Positions 13,870 through 27,700 are shown, counted from the first letter of the stretch. The stretch is 64,000 nt of DNA from Raillietiella orientalis (GCA_036172245.1 JAYWIR010000017.1:1240001-1304000), one strand, 5' to 3'. Notes: a model not told the origin generated them from the sequence alone. Numbers and translations: made by a program.

Positions 13870-14040
13870 CTTCCTTCTCTTCCCCTTTTCCTCCTCTTCT
13901 CTTCCTCTTCTATTCTTTCTTTTTCTCCACCACCCTTCCTCCTCTTCTCCCTTCCTTCTCTTCCCTTTTTCTTCCTCTTCACTTCCTCCTCCCCTTCCCT
14001 TCCTCTTCTCTTCCGTTTCCTTCTCCTCCTCGCTTCTTTC
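13870..14040. repeat. Polypyrimidine (CCT/CTT) low-complexity tract
   Basis: About 170 bp of almost pure C/T on the plus strand. Confidence 0.9.
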
Positions 14041-14820
14041 ACCTGCGATCCAATTCATCGCCATGCGCGAAGAGAGGCTCTCCAACCGAGATGGGATGCT
14101 CGGCATAGTCGCGGCAGTGGCGCTGGAAGAACAAAAAAAGGTGGTTGAAAACCCTTTTCTCCGCTTATTTTATGAAAAGGGAAAACCAGGGCAAGCTGGG
14201 AGCACTTCCGCGTGGAACGGAGAGCGTTTCCGAGATACCACTGCTGATGCTGGCAGGCACGGGACGATACCGAAAGCTCGGACAACTCCCACAGGGGCAG
14301 AATAGGAAAGGAGGAAGTCCCTTTTCTCATGCTCCGGCAGCCGCCGGCTCAGTCTTCTGGGACGGTGCGTTGCCGAACACAAGAAGCCCAAGAATGTTTC
14401 TCCGCAATGGTAGGTTGACTTCTCCAGAAGAGGATGAAACCGGAAGGGGTGGAGGGGTCGCAAAAGCTCTGAGCCTACTCGGCGCCCTTTCGCTCGACTC
14501 TTTAAGTCTTCTTCCCTTCACAAGAGCCCTCTTCCCTTCCCGCGGGAAAAGCAAACGCTTCCTCCTCCTTCTCCTATCCTCTTCTTCCCTTCCTCCTCTT
14601 CCATTTCTCCTCCTCCCGCAGTCCACGAACGCACCCCTCCCTCCAACACCCGCGCGCCATCTTCTGATGTCTCTGAAATCGGGGCGATCGCTGGCGCGTG
14701 AACCACCCTGGCCACGCTGCATGGAACTCCCCCGTGCCACGTTGGTCACTCTCCTCCGCTGCCGAATCGCGGACGCAGCCCTTGCCGCTCGTGGAGCCAC
14801 AAGGCCACAGAGGAGAGTTG

Positions 14821-15700
14821 TCACTCGGGTGCGCCGGGACGTTTATTTCATATATAAAATAAAATGAACATTTTCAAAAGATTGTGGTTGGGTCACTGGT
14901 TTAACCACGTGTTTTTCCGGGAACTTACTGGATTACCGGCTCGCAGACCGGTGAGGTCCACCACGGCAGCAGAGAGGAGAAGACAAACAAAAAGAAGAAT
15001 AAACAAAGATAAAAATAAATAAATTTGTGGGTAGAGTGTTGCGGGATCCATGCGCCATCCTGCCGGGGGCGGTCCTCTGCATCCTTCGGAGGATGCCGGC
15101 AAAGTCTTGCTGGAGCTGTTTTCCAGTTGGAGTCATCTCGTTGCCATCCTCATCGGATGGCAAAGTGGACGTGACACCCCTGTCTCTCGCCCCTCCTCTT
15201 GCTCCAGGAGCTTCAGGCAGCGACGATCCTCCGTAGGCAGCAGGGGGGCTGCTAGCTAGGCCGCCGGCCGAAATGTGTCGCGAACGAGGGGGAGTTTCAG
15301 AGCGTCCCTGGAATTGCCGCCGGGAGTTTCTAGAGTCGCAGCGAAGCTTTCTCAGAAAGGCCAGAGGGCAATACAAAGTTCACAGCAGGTGCGGGAGGAA
15401 TTCATGCTTTCCACTTCTGCCACAGTTGGGGTCCACGCACACCCCGTGTCCAGTGATGAGGGGCAACGGATGTGGCAGACGTCCCTCCTGTCACTTCCAG
15501 TTCCCTTCGAGAAGGCGTTGACGGTGCTCCTGCAGCGGGTGCCGCGGGCGTCCTTGAGGGCTGGAGCGAGCAAGGCATGAGCGAACCTCCCCGAAAGGGA
15601 AGGGGTGTCCTTCCCTTGGGATGCGAGGTCCTCGACAACCCTCCCTTCCTCTCCACGGAGAAGCGTCAGAAGTCGGGAGGCAACCACCCTGCCTGACCTC
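14821..15700 (-). mobile_element. L1/Tx1-like LINE 3' fragment
   Basis: Peptides HHWTRGV and QQDFAGILRRMQR. The 3' UTR block cgcagacc...ggcagca...agacaaacaaaaagaa matches about 30005-30063, and the terminal gtttattt motif is shared with other copies. Confidence 0.65.
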
Positions 15701-16559
15701 GCCTCGACCACAGAGGCCTCCGGGAAGGGCCGTGATCAGCTGCCCCGGTTCTGCGGACGAGGGGCAGTGGCACCCTGCGTGCACTTCCTCGGCTGCCGCG
15801 CAGCAGCTCCCGCCAGCTCTCATTCGCCTGCCCTCCCTTCTGCACGGCCAGTTTCCGTGGCGACGTCGGGTGCATGCACACCGACCCCCTTTGCCGCTAG
15901 TTGCATTCTTGTGGGAGGAGGGTCCTCCTGAAAGACCTTCCATGACCACCATCTTCTGTCTCCGCATTCCCGGGACAACAACGCACACCCTCTTCATCCC
16001 GCCGTTTCTACGGCGTCGGCTGTCGTTCTGCATGCTGTGTCCGAAGGAGGGAAAAAGGAACTCGGCGCTGCCCCGCCTAGGAGGCACGCGGTTCTCGAAA
16101 CACGCTCGCCCCCCTCTCTCTTCCCGATGATCAGGCAAGCAGTGCTCCCAAGGAGTCATCCCCAGAGTTGGACGACGATCCTGGCATTGCTCTGGCCGAG
16201 GAGCGGATCCTCTTCACTCTCAGGCGGTCCAGTGTGGCGTTCTGGAAGCGGCTGCTATGGAAACCGGCAGAGAGAGAGAGAGCGCGTGCTTCGGCGACCA
16301 GAAGGGACCCGAGGGCAGGAGGCGTGTGGCGGATGCGGGTCACTCGAGCGGGCAGCAGCTCGGAGAGGAGGCAGCGAACCATCTGCGGGCTGCAGCCGCG
16401 CCCTCTCTCGGAGAGCGCTCGCCACGACCGCTGCCTCTTCCGATATGTGCTGGCGGCACGCGGCAAGGACGCATGTGGGGGAGGGAGAGGAGGGACATTT
16501 CAGAGATCAGCTGAAATGTCCCAAATGTCCCTCCCCCTTCCCCCACGTCCTCTTGTGTG

Positions 16560-17236
16560 TTCTTCTTTTTCTTTGTTTGATCCCCAAACGCTGAAGGACT
16601 GTTCGCTCCCTCAGGGGGGACTCACCGAAACTCTTTGGCCATGCCCACGCCAACTGTGTGAACTCTTGAAGTCAGGGGACCACCTCATGAACCCAGGAAG
16701 GACCCCAGAGGAAGAGTCCGTTGCTCTCACGCTTGGGAGCGAACCACCTCTTCCTTGTTCTCTCCGGAGGGAACCCGCAAGGAAACCGCTCCCCGTTTCT
16801 TCCTCCTCTAAAGAGAACCCCGAAGGGACGGTCTTCAATTTTCACTGGAGGGCACCTCCCCGATGGGAGCAGCGCGCTTCCTCACACTCTGGAGAGGCAT
16901 CAACCAACCAGCTCCATGGAACGAGATGTATGGTCCTTCCCAGAGGGGGGTTTGGGGCGGCTCCATTTTCACCACCAGAGGGGAGCCCCGAAGGATTCCT
17001 TGCTTCCTGAAAGGACCCCAGAGGGTCGACTTCCAATCCGGGGATCAGATCAACCGGTTTCCGGCTTCCTCCAATGCCACACTCGGAGTCTGTATAAGGC
17101 CAACTAGCATCATCCTGCGGGGGGGGGGGGACTCGAAACCCGCGACACACCCACCGTTCTCGGCGTCGATCCCCCCCCCCGGACGGGATTCGAACCCGCA
17201 ACCCCCCTCGGTGCCGCACTCGCGGAGACCGCAGCC
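16560..17236 (-). mobile_element. tRNA-derived SINE, copy 2
   Basis: B box GGTTCGAATCC at 17186-17196 and a second GGTTTCGAGT at 17131-17140. Colinear with 4960-5641. Confidence 0.75.
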
Positions 17237-20200
17237 AGGAGGACGCCAGCGCGGGCCGAGCTTCTTCGCGGGCCTAAAAGAAGCGCTCCTGGAGATGACT
17301 CAGTTGCGGCAGAGCGAAGCGATTTCTTTCGCCATGAGGAATCCTTGCAAACGTCTTCCGGCGTGGGTGGGGCTTCCTCCGGGGTCATCCCTGCCTTCAT
17401 CCCGAGGACCGTGCTGTCCTTCCTGCAGAGCCCGTGTGTGATACGCACCATCTGCCACGTCCCAGCCCGAGGTGCGGAATTCAGCGGCGACGCAGGATAC
17501 TCAGGACGTGCAGCGGCTCCGAGCTGCCATCTTCCGGGTCCTCCAGTGCGGTGGATCCTCCGCGAGGCTCTGGAGGATGAGATTACCTGAGGGATGTATC
17601 GTCAGGGGGCGCAACCAGGTTATTGGTCTATCCGGGCGCAAGTATGAGAGGGAAGGACTTTCGCCCGCCCCGGGCAGGGGCGCAACGGTCCTGGCAGAGA
17701 AGGCCGCCAGCGTCGAACTGGGGAGCACACGGAGTCCCGAGTCGCCAGCGCTCGTCAGCGTTTCCCGAGGGAGAGACAGACATCTGCTGCTCCAGACGTC
17801 GACGCCTTCATCTCGAGGGAACGCGGAGGCTGAGAATGCAAAGACAAATGGAACGAGTGGTCAAACGAGGGGTCGCTTCCTCCTCTGCCGGAGACGCATC
17901 GAGATACATCACCAGGGGGACGCGGGGAGGATCCGCGGAGGCGGATCTCCTCGGGCGACCTCCCCACGGAGCAACCGCACGCTGGGTGCGCGCGTCACCG
18001 CGACAACCGCGCCAGGCCATGTCGCCCTCACGCCCTCACGCCGGGCGCGTCCGGGCGGGCCGCTGCCGCCGGTCGCAGAAGAGCGCGCGTCTCTTTCCCG
18101 TTCTTCTCTTCCTCCTCCTTGCCGAAGAGCAGAGGAAGTGGAGGAGAGGGGGGCGCATCCTCTCCCGACGCTTCCAGGGACCGGCGCCCGCGTTCTCATG
18201 ACGGACACCCGGGGTGGGCGGGGCGGAGTAAGGGCGCCGCTGAGTCGGCAGGGGCTCACGCAGCGAGGCTCGGGAGCGCATCGGAGGTCAGGGTCCCGTG
18301 AAGATGCACCAGGGGCAGCATCCGCAGAGTCGCTGCAAGAGAGGTCCCGTGGGCAAGCGTGTTCCGTATCCATGGCCGCAGGCGCGCGGCGCAGAAGCGC
18401 TCCCGACTACGTCGGAGCGTGGTTCGAGTTACAGACAGTCCCATCCGCTCGTCTGCGCTCCTCTCATGTAGCAGGGGGCCTTTGTGAACTAGGAATAGAT
18501 GAGGCTGTTGCAGAAGACCATTGTAGGAATGTCCATCCCCTCCTATCCCTTTTTGATTAAGGGAAGCGACGAAGCGAGGAAGATGCGTGCGGGAGCGTGA
18601 AGACCCACGAAGGACGTTCGGGCTTCCGTAGGAGCGGTTCTTCTACCCTCATCTTCCGCGTGTCTGCGTTGGTATTTGCCCTCGACGGCTGCATCCATGG
18701 TGCCATGCGCTCTCGCCGGATGGCGCTGCTTAAGGAACGCCGGGAGGCAGGGGGTGTCCAGCATGCTCTCACACCTTGCTCCTCCTCCTCTCCCGATGGC
18801 ACCCGGCGAGCAACTTCTCCGCAGGCCGCGCGGGTGGATGGGTGAGTGGGGGGCTATCGACGCGTTGGTGGGGTGCCCCGCGGGAGTGCGCAGGAGCCGG
18901 CCTCTCACTCGGGGTTGCGAAACGCAGTCCGTGAGCGTGGGACGGACTGGATGGCGGATCCGCCGCGCGCCCTCCGAGAGAGAAGGGGGCTTTCCCGAGA
19001 GGGTTGGTCTTCCCACCCCCAACCTCGGTTCCGCCTCCCTCATCCGTCACGCGCCCCTCTCCTGCAGTCGGGCTGACGCCTCCAGACCCAGCCGGAGACT
19101 CAGGGGCGCTCGCGGCCCAGCAGCCCACCCACGGCGCCGGAAACCGCCTCTTCCTCTTCCAGAAGGGCGGTCGGCGCTGCTACCTCGGTCTGCGGCTGCC
19201 GGCGTCTCCACGGCAACGCTCGACGCGCCGAGGAGCTCCTTCTCCTCCACTAGAATAGGGGGAGGCGAAGGGTTCCTTGCACCGACGTCCCTTTGCGCAT
19301 CCAGGACAGTCAGCACCTCGTAAACACGGCCGAGCCCAAGAAAACCCTCCGGTCCAGGGAGTGATCATCCGTCAAGAAGATGGAATTTCGGAGCGGAAAA
19401 GGAAAAACAAAAAAGCAGGTGGGAGTTGAGGATGGGGGGGGGGGAAGGGGAGGAAAGGGCTCGCAGACTGTTCTCAGCATACTCGGGTGAAAGATAAAAG
19501 CACGCAACACGGGAAGAGCATTCGCGCAGCGCGGTGCTACCGCGAGCAGAGGGAGGAGGAGACCGCCTGTCGCTGGGCCGAGGTTCCGTCCGGGGAGTGC
19601 GGCCTCTCTTCTACCCGGAAGGGTTCTCGGGGAGCCTCGCGGATGCCCCAAGTTTCCCTTTTCGCCTCTTCCCTTTTTGCCCTTCCCCCGAATCCCGGGA
19701 TGCCGACGGGAGGCGCAGGTCCGACCGACCGCCTTCAGGTGCTGCAGCATCCGAAAGGAAAATGGCGGTCCGGTGGCACGGCCGAAACGCCCACCTCCTG
19801 CAAGTGGGAAGAGCTCCAGAGGGGACGCGCGACCTTGTCTCTCCCGGACATTCCCAGAGGTGCGAGAGGGCGCTCACGTCGAGCTCATCCTCGCGCCTTC
19901 GCTCCTGTTCCTCCCCCTGGAAGAGGTGGCTGAATGCGACGCCAGCTGTGGGATGGCTGCTTCCTCTAAATGAGTGCGAGTGAAAAGGAACCTCCTGCTC
20001 CCATTCCCTAATTCACCCCTCTCCGGGATGACGACGTCCCTGCGTGGCAAGAGGAGGACGCGGTGGCGAAACGGGCGGAGAGCCCAGAAACCACTGACGG
20101 TGCTTCATGGCAATGAGGCAGGGAGCGACCCGGTGTCGGAAGGACCATAACCAGACGCGTTCTTCAGGATAGGAAGGAGGAGAGCCTCTCCTCGCAACGC

Positions 20201-20479
20201 ATGATGAGGGGAACACCAGCGACAGCGGCGGACGTCTCGTAATAACAATTCTGGCAGCGGGAAAGAGGACGCTGACGATCGGGGAGGAGGGTCGTACCCG
20301 CTGCACAAATCCTTTCTGGAAATCCGCCGTTCTTCGGATGACCTCAATTCTAGATGGAGGATCGTAGTGTTTCCAAGACTCCCAGGTGTTCACGGAGCTC
20401 CTCTTCCCGCTGATATCCCTGCCGAACGAATTGAATGAGAGAACAAAAAAACACACAAAATATTCTTTTTCTGAGAAAA

Positions 20480-20650
20480 AAGAAAAGAAAATAAGGAGGA
20501 GGAGGAAGGGAGGAAGAAGAGGAGGAATCGAGGAAGAGGAGGAAGAGAAAGAAGGGGAAGTGAAGAGGAGGAGGAGGAGAGAGTAGGAAGAAGGGTGATG
20601 GTGGAGGAGGGGTGAGAAGGAAGAGGAAAAGAAAGACACAAAAGAGAAGC
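20480..20650. repeat. Polypurine (GGA/GAA) low-complexity tract
   Basis: Directly visible A/G-rich tract. Confidence 0.85.
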
Positions 20651-21099
20651 CTTCTGCATCTGGCACGAATGAATTGATAAAGTGAATATGAACGAGCTCC
20701 CAAAGATGAAAAATCGAGAAGACAAAGGAAGCTGCAAAGCACTTACGGGAGGGGAAGTCGGGAGACGCGGGGGAGAGGGGGAATTGCAAAGCAGATCTCG
20801 AAGAAGCCCACCTCTTTCGGGGAAGAGGAGGAAACCAGCAGCATGGCCGGCCGAGACGAGGCCCGAAGCGCAGAGGTGCCCCACGCGAGCGCTCGCGCGC
20901 AAAAGCACCCCTCCGCCTTAGCCCGTCATCCGACTGTGGACGGGTGATCCATGATCCCCGCTGCTCTGCTTTGCTCGTAGGCTAATGGAGCTCCGGTAGA
21001 CATCTGAGATGGCGGGCGGGCGGGCGTTCCTTTCGTGGTCGGTCTGCTCGTCGGCGGGAGCCACAGGGCACTGGAAACCCATGAGTCGCACTCTTACCC

Positions 21100-21900
21100 G
21101 GGTCAAGCGAGGTGTGGAAGATAAAGAGTGTTCCGGGAGACTCCCTCTCGTCGATTCAGCTCAAGGATCCTGGCTCGAGGTGACATTCATTATAGGGGAC
21201 ACTTTCGTGTGACTCGCTCTCCACCGCGGACTTTCAGCCCCAACGAAGAGGAGGTTGCTGGACCATTTCCCGTGGTGCGGACCGCGCTCTTTCCCATCTT
21301 TCCCACCCACGGTTCCAAAAAAAGGCACTCCTTCTGCAAGGTGGTATGCGAGCAGTGGCACAGTCGAGTTCCTCCATCCTCTTCCTCTTCACTTCCTCCT
21401 CTTCCTTCCCTTCCCTCCTTCCTTCTCCTCCTGTCGGAGGAGAAATTCTACTGGATTCCCGGGTGCGATTTGTCCATGTTCGCGCTCCTTCACTCCTGGA
21501 CGCATCCTCAGCCCGGAGGCGTGGGTATCCGAACTTGCGCTGCACAGGGTAGCAAAAAACCCGCAGGCAAGAAGACTCCCCTGCACTCGAGCCTTCCGTG
21601 GATTCACGACGTCCACTTTTCGCTCCACCCGGGGGGGGGGAGAGAGAGACCGATCCAGGAGTAGTTCCGGCGGGGCTGCTAAAGATCGCAGGCGAGGGCG
21701 GACGCTCGCGGCCCGTCGGCATGCGGAGGGAAGCCGTACTAGCGGCGGTGCCCTCCTGCGGATCGCCCGTGGCCGTCGCTCGGGGGAGCTGCGGGGGCAG
21801 GCAAGCGCGAGACGGTGCAGAGAGGCGAGGGCAGTGGGTGATGCAGCACGAAAACCCGAGATGGTGTGCAGAGGAGCATCCAGAGAGCGCTTTCCGTTCC
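21100..21900 (+). mobile_element. Highly decayed L1/Tx1-like LINE C-terminal fragment
   Basis: Peptides LLHSWTH..GGV and PNLRC weakly echo the family motif LLHWGL..WTRGVCEPKLR. Confidence 0.25.
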
Positions 21901-23229
21901 GGGAGCGTGAGTTCCCCTTTTCCCCAATTATCGGAGCAGACTGGAGGCCCAAACCGACGGTTACGGGTTGCTGCCGCAGCGAAGGAAGAAGGAAAAAAAG
22001 GAAGCGCATTGGTCTGCTCGGCATCCGGGGAAACCCGGGCGCTTCGTCTCCAGGGAGATGCTCGAGAGAGGAATCTCCCCGGGGAGGAAAATTTCCAGAG
22101 CGACTTTGAGATCGTCGGGTTCCGCTCTCTGCACACGTCCTCCGGGAAGCCTTTCGAGTAGCCCGGGGCGGAATTCGTTCCGCAGGAGTCCTCTCGTACG
22201 TCCGACGCGACGCGGTCTACGTCCGCTCCTCTTCTCAGGCTCCGTAGCCGCGGAAACGCGGGCGCCGAGCCCGGAAGAGGAAGAAGGGCAGCGCGCGCGC
22301 AAGGTGCGGGCGGGGAGATCGGGAACGGCCTCGCCAGGAAACGAATCCCATTAAGCCCCTGCAAGGGAGGGGAGACAACACTCGTTCGCTCCGCGGGCTT
22401 TGTAGTTCCGGGAGACGGCAGGTCCGACGGCGCGGGCGATATGACCGCCGTCCTCTATCCATCCTCTCCCCTCCGCAAATCAACGCAGAGAGAAAACGCA
22501 GCTGACCATCCACCTGGGTGAAGAAGCGGCTGGCAACGACAGATGCATGCGACAGAGTGATGGAAACGCGGCGGAGCGGGCGGCTTCATGCGCAGGGGAC
22601 AGGGCGCGAGCGGGAAAACGCAAGTCTCCCGGGCGAGGACAGTCGCTCCGGCGGCGCCGATGCCTGCCGAGCGCGTGGCCACAGGTCCACAGGGAGTGGA
22701 TGCCCTCTAATTCGAAGACGGAAGGAATGGCTCCTGAGGCTGCGTCGGTAGGACGGGGGAGGAGCCTGCCCTTACGCAAGAGCGGCGGTCGGTCCGCCGC
22801 TCGTGAGCGTCCGGACCAAACGCGAGAGCCCATTCGGTCCCCTCCACATCTTCCGCGACGCCCTGGTCTGCTCTTCGAGACCCGGGAAGCCTTCAGAGAC
22901 CTCGGTCGGTTTCTTCTTTTTGACTGGCTTCCGCGGGGGTCCCCTGACGACTAGGTCCCGCGACCTGGTGAAGCGGTGTCGACGGAGCGCGACGGAGCGG
23001 CGCGAGGGGACACATCGAGTCGAGCCGAGAGCCTTGCAGGAGGTCGAGGTGGGGTCTCCGAATCTCCTCCAGCAGCCGTCCTCCTTCACTGCAGCGGCGC
23101 CGGGGAGTCTTGGACGAAGTTGGTAGCTCGCCTCCTCCTCCTCCTCCCCTTTCCTCCCTCTTCTTCCTAGGTGGTGCTTAAGGATAACGGGCAGGAGGAA
23201 GAAGAGTCTCTCTTCCGCCCGCCTCTGAA

Positions 23230-23400
23230 GAGTCTCTTTTCGGGAGCGCCCCCGCGAGTTCCTCCTTCCATGCTCGTGTGTCTGAGGGCGGCGGCCGCAT
23301 TCGCGCTGAAGCGCTCGCATGCCCCGTCGTTCTGGGGCTACGAGGACACCCAGGATTCGTGCTCCCTCGCAGTCCTCCGGACGGCCGGGCGAATGCTAAA
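23230..23400 (-). mobile_element. Gypsy/Ty3-type integrase core relic
   Basis: Minus-strand SS*PQNDGACERFS..AALR, then WKEELAGAL after a frameshift. This matches the rve motif YHPQSNGxxERxNxxL..W..LPxAL. Confidence 0.45.
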
Positions 23401-24999
23401 GCCTGGCTGCTGCTGCTGCGCCCAAGCGATCTGACTCTGCGAGACCAAGTGACTCGGAAGGGAAAGAAAAGACGGAGGGGAGGAGGAGGAGGCGGGAGGG
23501 GGCTGGCAGCGCTCCACGGAAGGGAAAGAAACCTCCATCGGAGGAGCGGGAGGAGGAGGAACGGACGCGGGAGAGGGCGTTTCAGCCAGAACCCGACCCA
23601 CTCTGACAGCTGCCGAATTTCGGATTCGTTGGCACCGCTCATCTGCTGATGCGGAAAGAGGCGTGAGCACGCGCGCGCCTGCGCCTTGCATGCAATCGGA
23701 GCGGCGGCGGCGGCGGCGGCGGCGGCTTCCGAGAAGCTAAGTCCCTCTCTTCCTCCCCACGCGCTGGAGAACGGAGCTTCCAGCTTCCGACTCTGCATCT
23801 CGCTGCGCGGGTGTCTCCTGGTCTGCCCTCCGACACCTGCGTCCTACCCTTACCTCCGTACGTTCGGGGCGGTTCGGGGCCGCAGAGACTTCCAAGCCCA
23901 TCTCCAGGAGCGCTCTGTCTCTCCGAAAGCACAGCCGGTCCATCCCGTGGCAAAAGCACCGTCCTCACACCCGCTGACGGGGCAATCGATGGGAGGGAAG
24001 ATGATCACTCTGTGACACTTGCCCACTGCCTCCTTTCCATCCTCCTTCCTCCCTCCCTTTCTCCTTCCCTTCCACCTCTTCCTCCTCCTTCCTCCCTTCC
24101 TCCGTCTCCCCCCGCGTCGATCGATCGCGATCGTCGCGCTCGTCCGCTCGGAGGATGCCAGCCGACGCCAGAGACGTCGGGCGGGCAGACGGCGGTGGCA
24201 CGTGACCAGCTTCCCCGGAATTCCCGCTCCGCTCTTGAGGATGCGGAAGACGGCGAGGAACTCCGGATGAAAGCCAGGGCTTTCGGACGCGCTTTGGATG
24301 GGGCTCTCCCGGATCGGTTTTTCTGGGAAGCAGGGGAAGAGGAAAGCGGGGACTGGGAGGCGTGCGGGGGGGAGGAGGGGGAGGGCGAAGGGAGGGAAAG
24401 AAGAGGAAACGCGCTCCTCGTCCCCCTCCCTGCCCTCCGGAGGGATGAGCGCTTGCGCTCCGGACGCTGCTGCTCTTCAGGATTAATTGAAGCGCTCCCT
24501 CCTCTTGGATCTGCTGCGTCCGCATCCCAGATGACGCCGGGCTTTTACGACACCCCCGTTGCCTAGCAGTTGGGTGCACTCCCGTCACTCAGCAAGGTAC
24601 TGCGCACCGGGAAGAGGTGTTTCTCGGGGAACGTCTGGGAGACTCGGGGGCTGCTCCGGAACAGGCAACGGGCAGCTCTTGCCCTCTGGTACACTTCCCG
24701 AGGGCGCACCCCTGCTCAAGGAGTCTTCCCCCTCCCCCTCCTCTTCCTCTTCCGGAAGCAGGCCGCGTCTGACCGGCTGGAGTGGAGGAGCTGCGGGAGC
24801 GAACGGAAGGGATCCTCCCGGCGGAGTGAGCGCTCGCTCCCGGCCGCGGGCGGAGAGAGCATCCAGGCAGGAATACGTGAGGCTACGCACGTCCTCTTCT
24901 TCCCTTCGGGCTCTCTAGTTAGGGCAGGAAGGGGGGAGGAAGGAACGCCTGCAGGGAGCGACCCCGAGATAGGCAGCCGCCGCCTCCATCCCGCTGGCC

Positions 25000-27700
25000 C
25001 ACTGGGGGCACGCGGCGGCCCCACGCCCGACGCTCCTCAGAGCGCGCCCGCCCTCGGCCCCCTGCTGCGCTCCGGAGGGCTCCCTCGTGCGCCCGACCCC
25101 AATATGGCCGCTGCAGGATGTGTCAGGAGCCATGAAAGAGGAGGAAGGAGGAGGAAGCCCCTCCTCTGACGAGGGGTGTCGGGGACAGCCTCAGGGTTGT
25201 GGGTCCATCCACACACCCCGCCCGACCGTGGAGCTCCCTGGCATCGCGAGGGCAGCGGTGCCGCCCCATGGCTGATCGCTGCCGTGGTGACTGCTGACTG
25301 AAGGAAGCGAACCCTAAGGGTTTTTTCGAAGTCAGGGTTTCCCGAGCGGATGCCCCCCAGAGATCTCGGGACCGAATGTGCACCTTGAAGACGACCGCAG
25401 CATCCCCGCGCCACCTTGCCCCGAGTCGACCCACGCACCGCCCTCCTCGGCCGTTCTTCGGCACGCGTGACCCGCCAGCCTGACCACGTCGCTCACTCTG
25501 GTCTCCTGATCCCCTGCTGCTGCATCCTGGATGACGGGAGTCCTACGGAAGATCCCTCGCGCTCGGCGGCCGGTCTCCCCAGGAACTCCTTCCTGTCGAG
25601 CATCTATCCACGCATGCGTGCCGGTGTCCCCTGAGGTGAGGGAAGGGAGACCTTGCGGGAAGGAGAGCAGGGAGAGGTCAAGGGGATCCCGAGTGCGGGA
25701 TCAGCGGAACTATGGCAATGGGGGTGGTTGCCCGAGAGTCTCCGCCTTAGCCTCCTCGACCCTGGATCTCCCTGCGTGCAGCCAGGGAGAATCGCGAGGC
25801 CTCCTCAACCGGTCCGAGATCTGCGGTGCCGCCTCCGCCAGGGACCCATCGTCGTCGTCTTCCTCCTTCTCTCCCTCTCTTTAGCCCTTCTTCCCCGTCC
25901 TCTTCGGGCTGTGACCCCGACGACGGTGCCTCCCCGGAGCGCCCACATTACCTCCTCCTCCGCCCCCTCCTCTGAGAGAGAGCAGGCGGGGCGAGGACTG
26001 CGCTCAGACTCCCCTGGTCCACTCTCACGGAGGTGCTCAAGTGGAGACGGAAAGTTCGCGAACGACCAGCCGCGCAGCTCCTGTGCCGCTCGGGGGCGAC
26101 CCTGGTCGTGCCGAGGAAGATCGCGCGTCTCTGGTTCCTAGGGCGAAGCGCTCCGATTCGGACGCACCCCTGCTCGGCTCGCCAATCATCTCTTCCTCTT
26201 CCCGGAGGATGCTCCACGTTTCGGGGGAGCAGTCATCTCGCTCACCGAGCCTTTGGCCCCTCCCAGGCCTCCGCCCCTTCGGCGACCGGTTGCGAGCTGG
26301 AGAGCAGTTCCTGCCGCCATTTTCGCAGGTGAACTCCGGGAAGGTCCTCGGCGGGCGGACGAAATCTTCTGCAGTCCCACCGAGAAGCAGGAGCTTACTG
26401 TATCGCGGAGACCAGAGCGGTGCGCGGAGGAGGGAAGGGGGGGGGAGGGAATTTCCTTGGATCAATGAGACCCCAAGTCTCCGAGCAAGAGAACAGGAAA
26501 CCTGCAGCCCTCTAAGCAGGCGCCATCTGCGGCGCGGTGTCCTCTCCCTAGGGGGAGGGGGGTCCAGGAAGACTGCGGAGAGATGAGGCAGCCAGCTGTC
26601 CGCTGCGATGGCCAGGCCAGCGACTCTCTTTTTTCGAGGATCGCCTCGAAGTCTCGAGGAGGATAGCAACCTCTTCTTAGACTCACTGTGACTCTTCGGC
26701 AGCACCCCGCAACGCGCCAGATCCGGTGCCCCCTCCCTTCCTTGCGCTGCTGGCGAAGGCAGGAAGAGTCAAGGGTAGCGGTCTGGATGACCCGGGAAAC
26801 ACGGCGGGCTCGGACTGGTGGTGGGGTCCGTGAGTGAATCAAGGAGGGTGGCCAAAGAAGCTCCCCGTGCCGCGACTTCCGCTCGACCTCATTCAGCTCT
26901 GTGCACACCGGCGTTTCGCCGCGGACTGCAGTCTCAGTCCACCCGTTCCTCTCCCTCCTCCTCTCTAACGAAGGGAGAGAAAAGAAGGATCGCAGAGAGG
27001 GACGAAAGAATGCACCGATGAAGGATCATTGGCTCCAAGAAGGGCGAACTCGACGGCGCCGTTGGTTGCAATCGGTAGGGGACGATGCTCTCAACTGGTG
27101 CTCCATTGCTTGGCGCTGGCCCGAAAGGAAGCGTCCCTCGTCGTTGCCGAGCAACCCGAGCCCACTTCCGAGGCTCAAGACACCTGGCCGCCGCCGGGTG
27201 AGCGAGCGGATTCCCCACGCACCCGCCGATTCTGATGCCCGCTCCGCAAGGCCGTCGACCCTGGAGTGCGCCGCCCGTGGGTCATGACGTCATCGTCGTC
27301 CCCTGGCGCTATGGGTGGATGGCATCCCACCCGCAGCCGGAGGCTCCACCCAGGGGAGCTCGCTACTGGTTCTTCCGCCGCTGCGGATCCCCGAACTCGA
27401 CCGGCGTCTTTGGCGAAAGGGAGCCTTCCTGGCCGCTTCCCGCTCCGGAATCACCCGCGGAATCGGTGGGAATAAGTTTCACTCATCTCCTTGGAGAACC
27501 CCGCTTGCTCCCGCGGGAACCGACTTGACCGTAGGAGCTGCACTTCCGGATATCCTGCCGACCACCCGGAAAGGGAATGGAGGGAACCGTCCCCTTGGTC
27601 TTCCAGCGCCACCATCTCCTGAAGAGCTCCGGGAACCCGGAGAGCAAGTGGAGAGGAAGTCACACGCATTTGGCACAAGTCCTCAGCCTCGTCCTTGTCC
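25000..27700 (-). mobile_element. Decayed L1/Tx1-like LINE fragments (probably two copies)
   Basis: GVLQGD (about 27490) and DDDV (about 27290) as RT motifs, plus APLWSP and EWTRGV (about 26015). A second acacaccccg block at about 25210 matches those near 15437 and 30477. Confidence 0.4.

Noticed and set aside
24500..24650. Gypsy integrase zinc-finger relic (YDTPVA*QLG)
   Set aside because: A single weak motif with no supporting neighbours.
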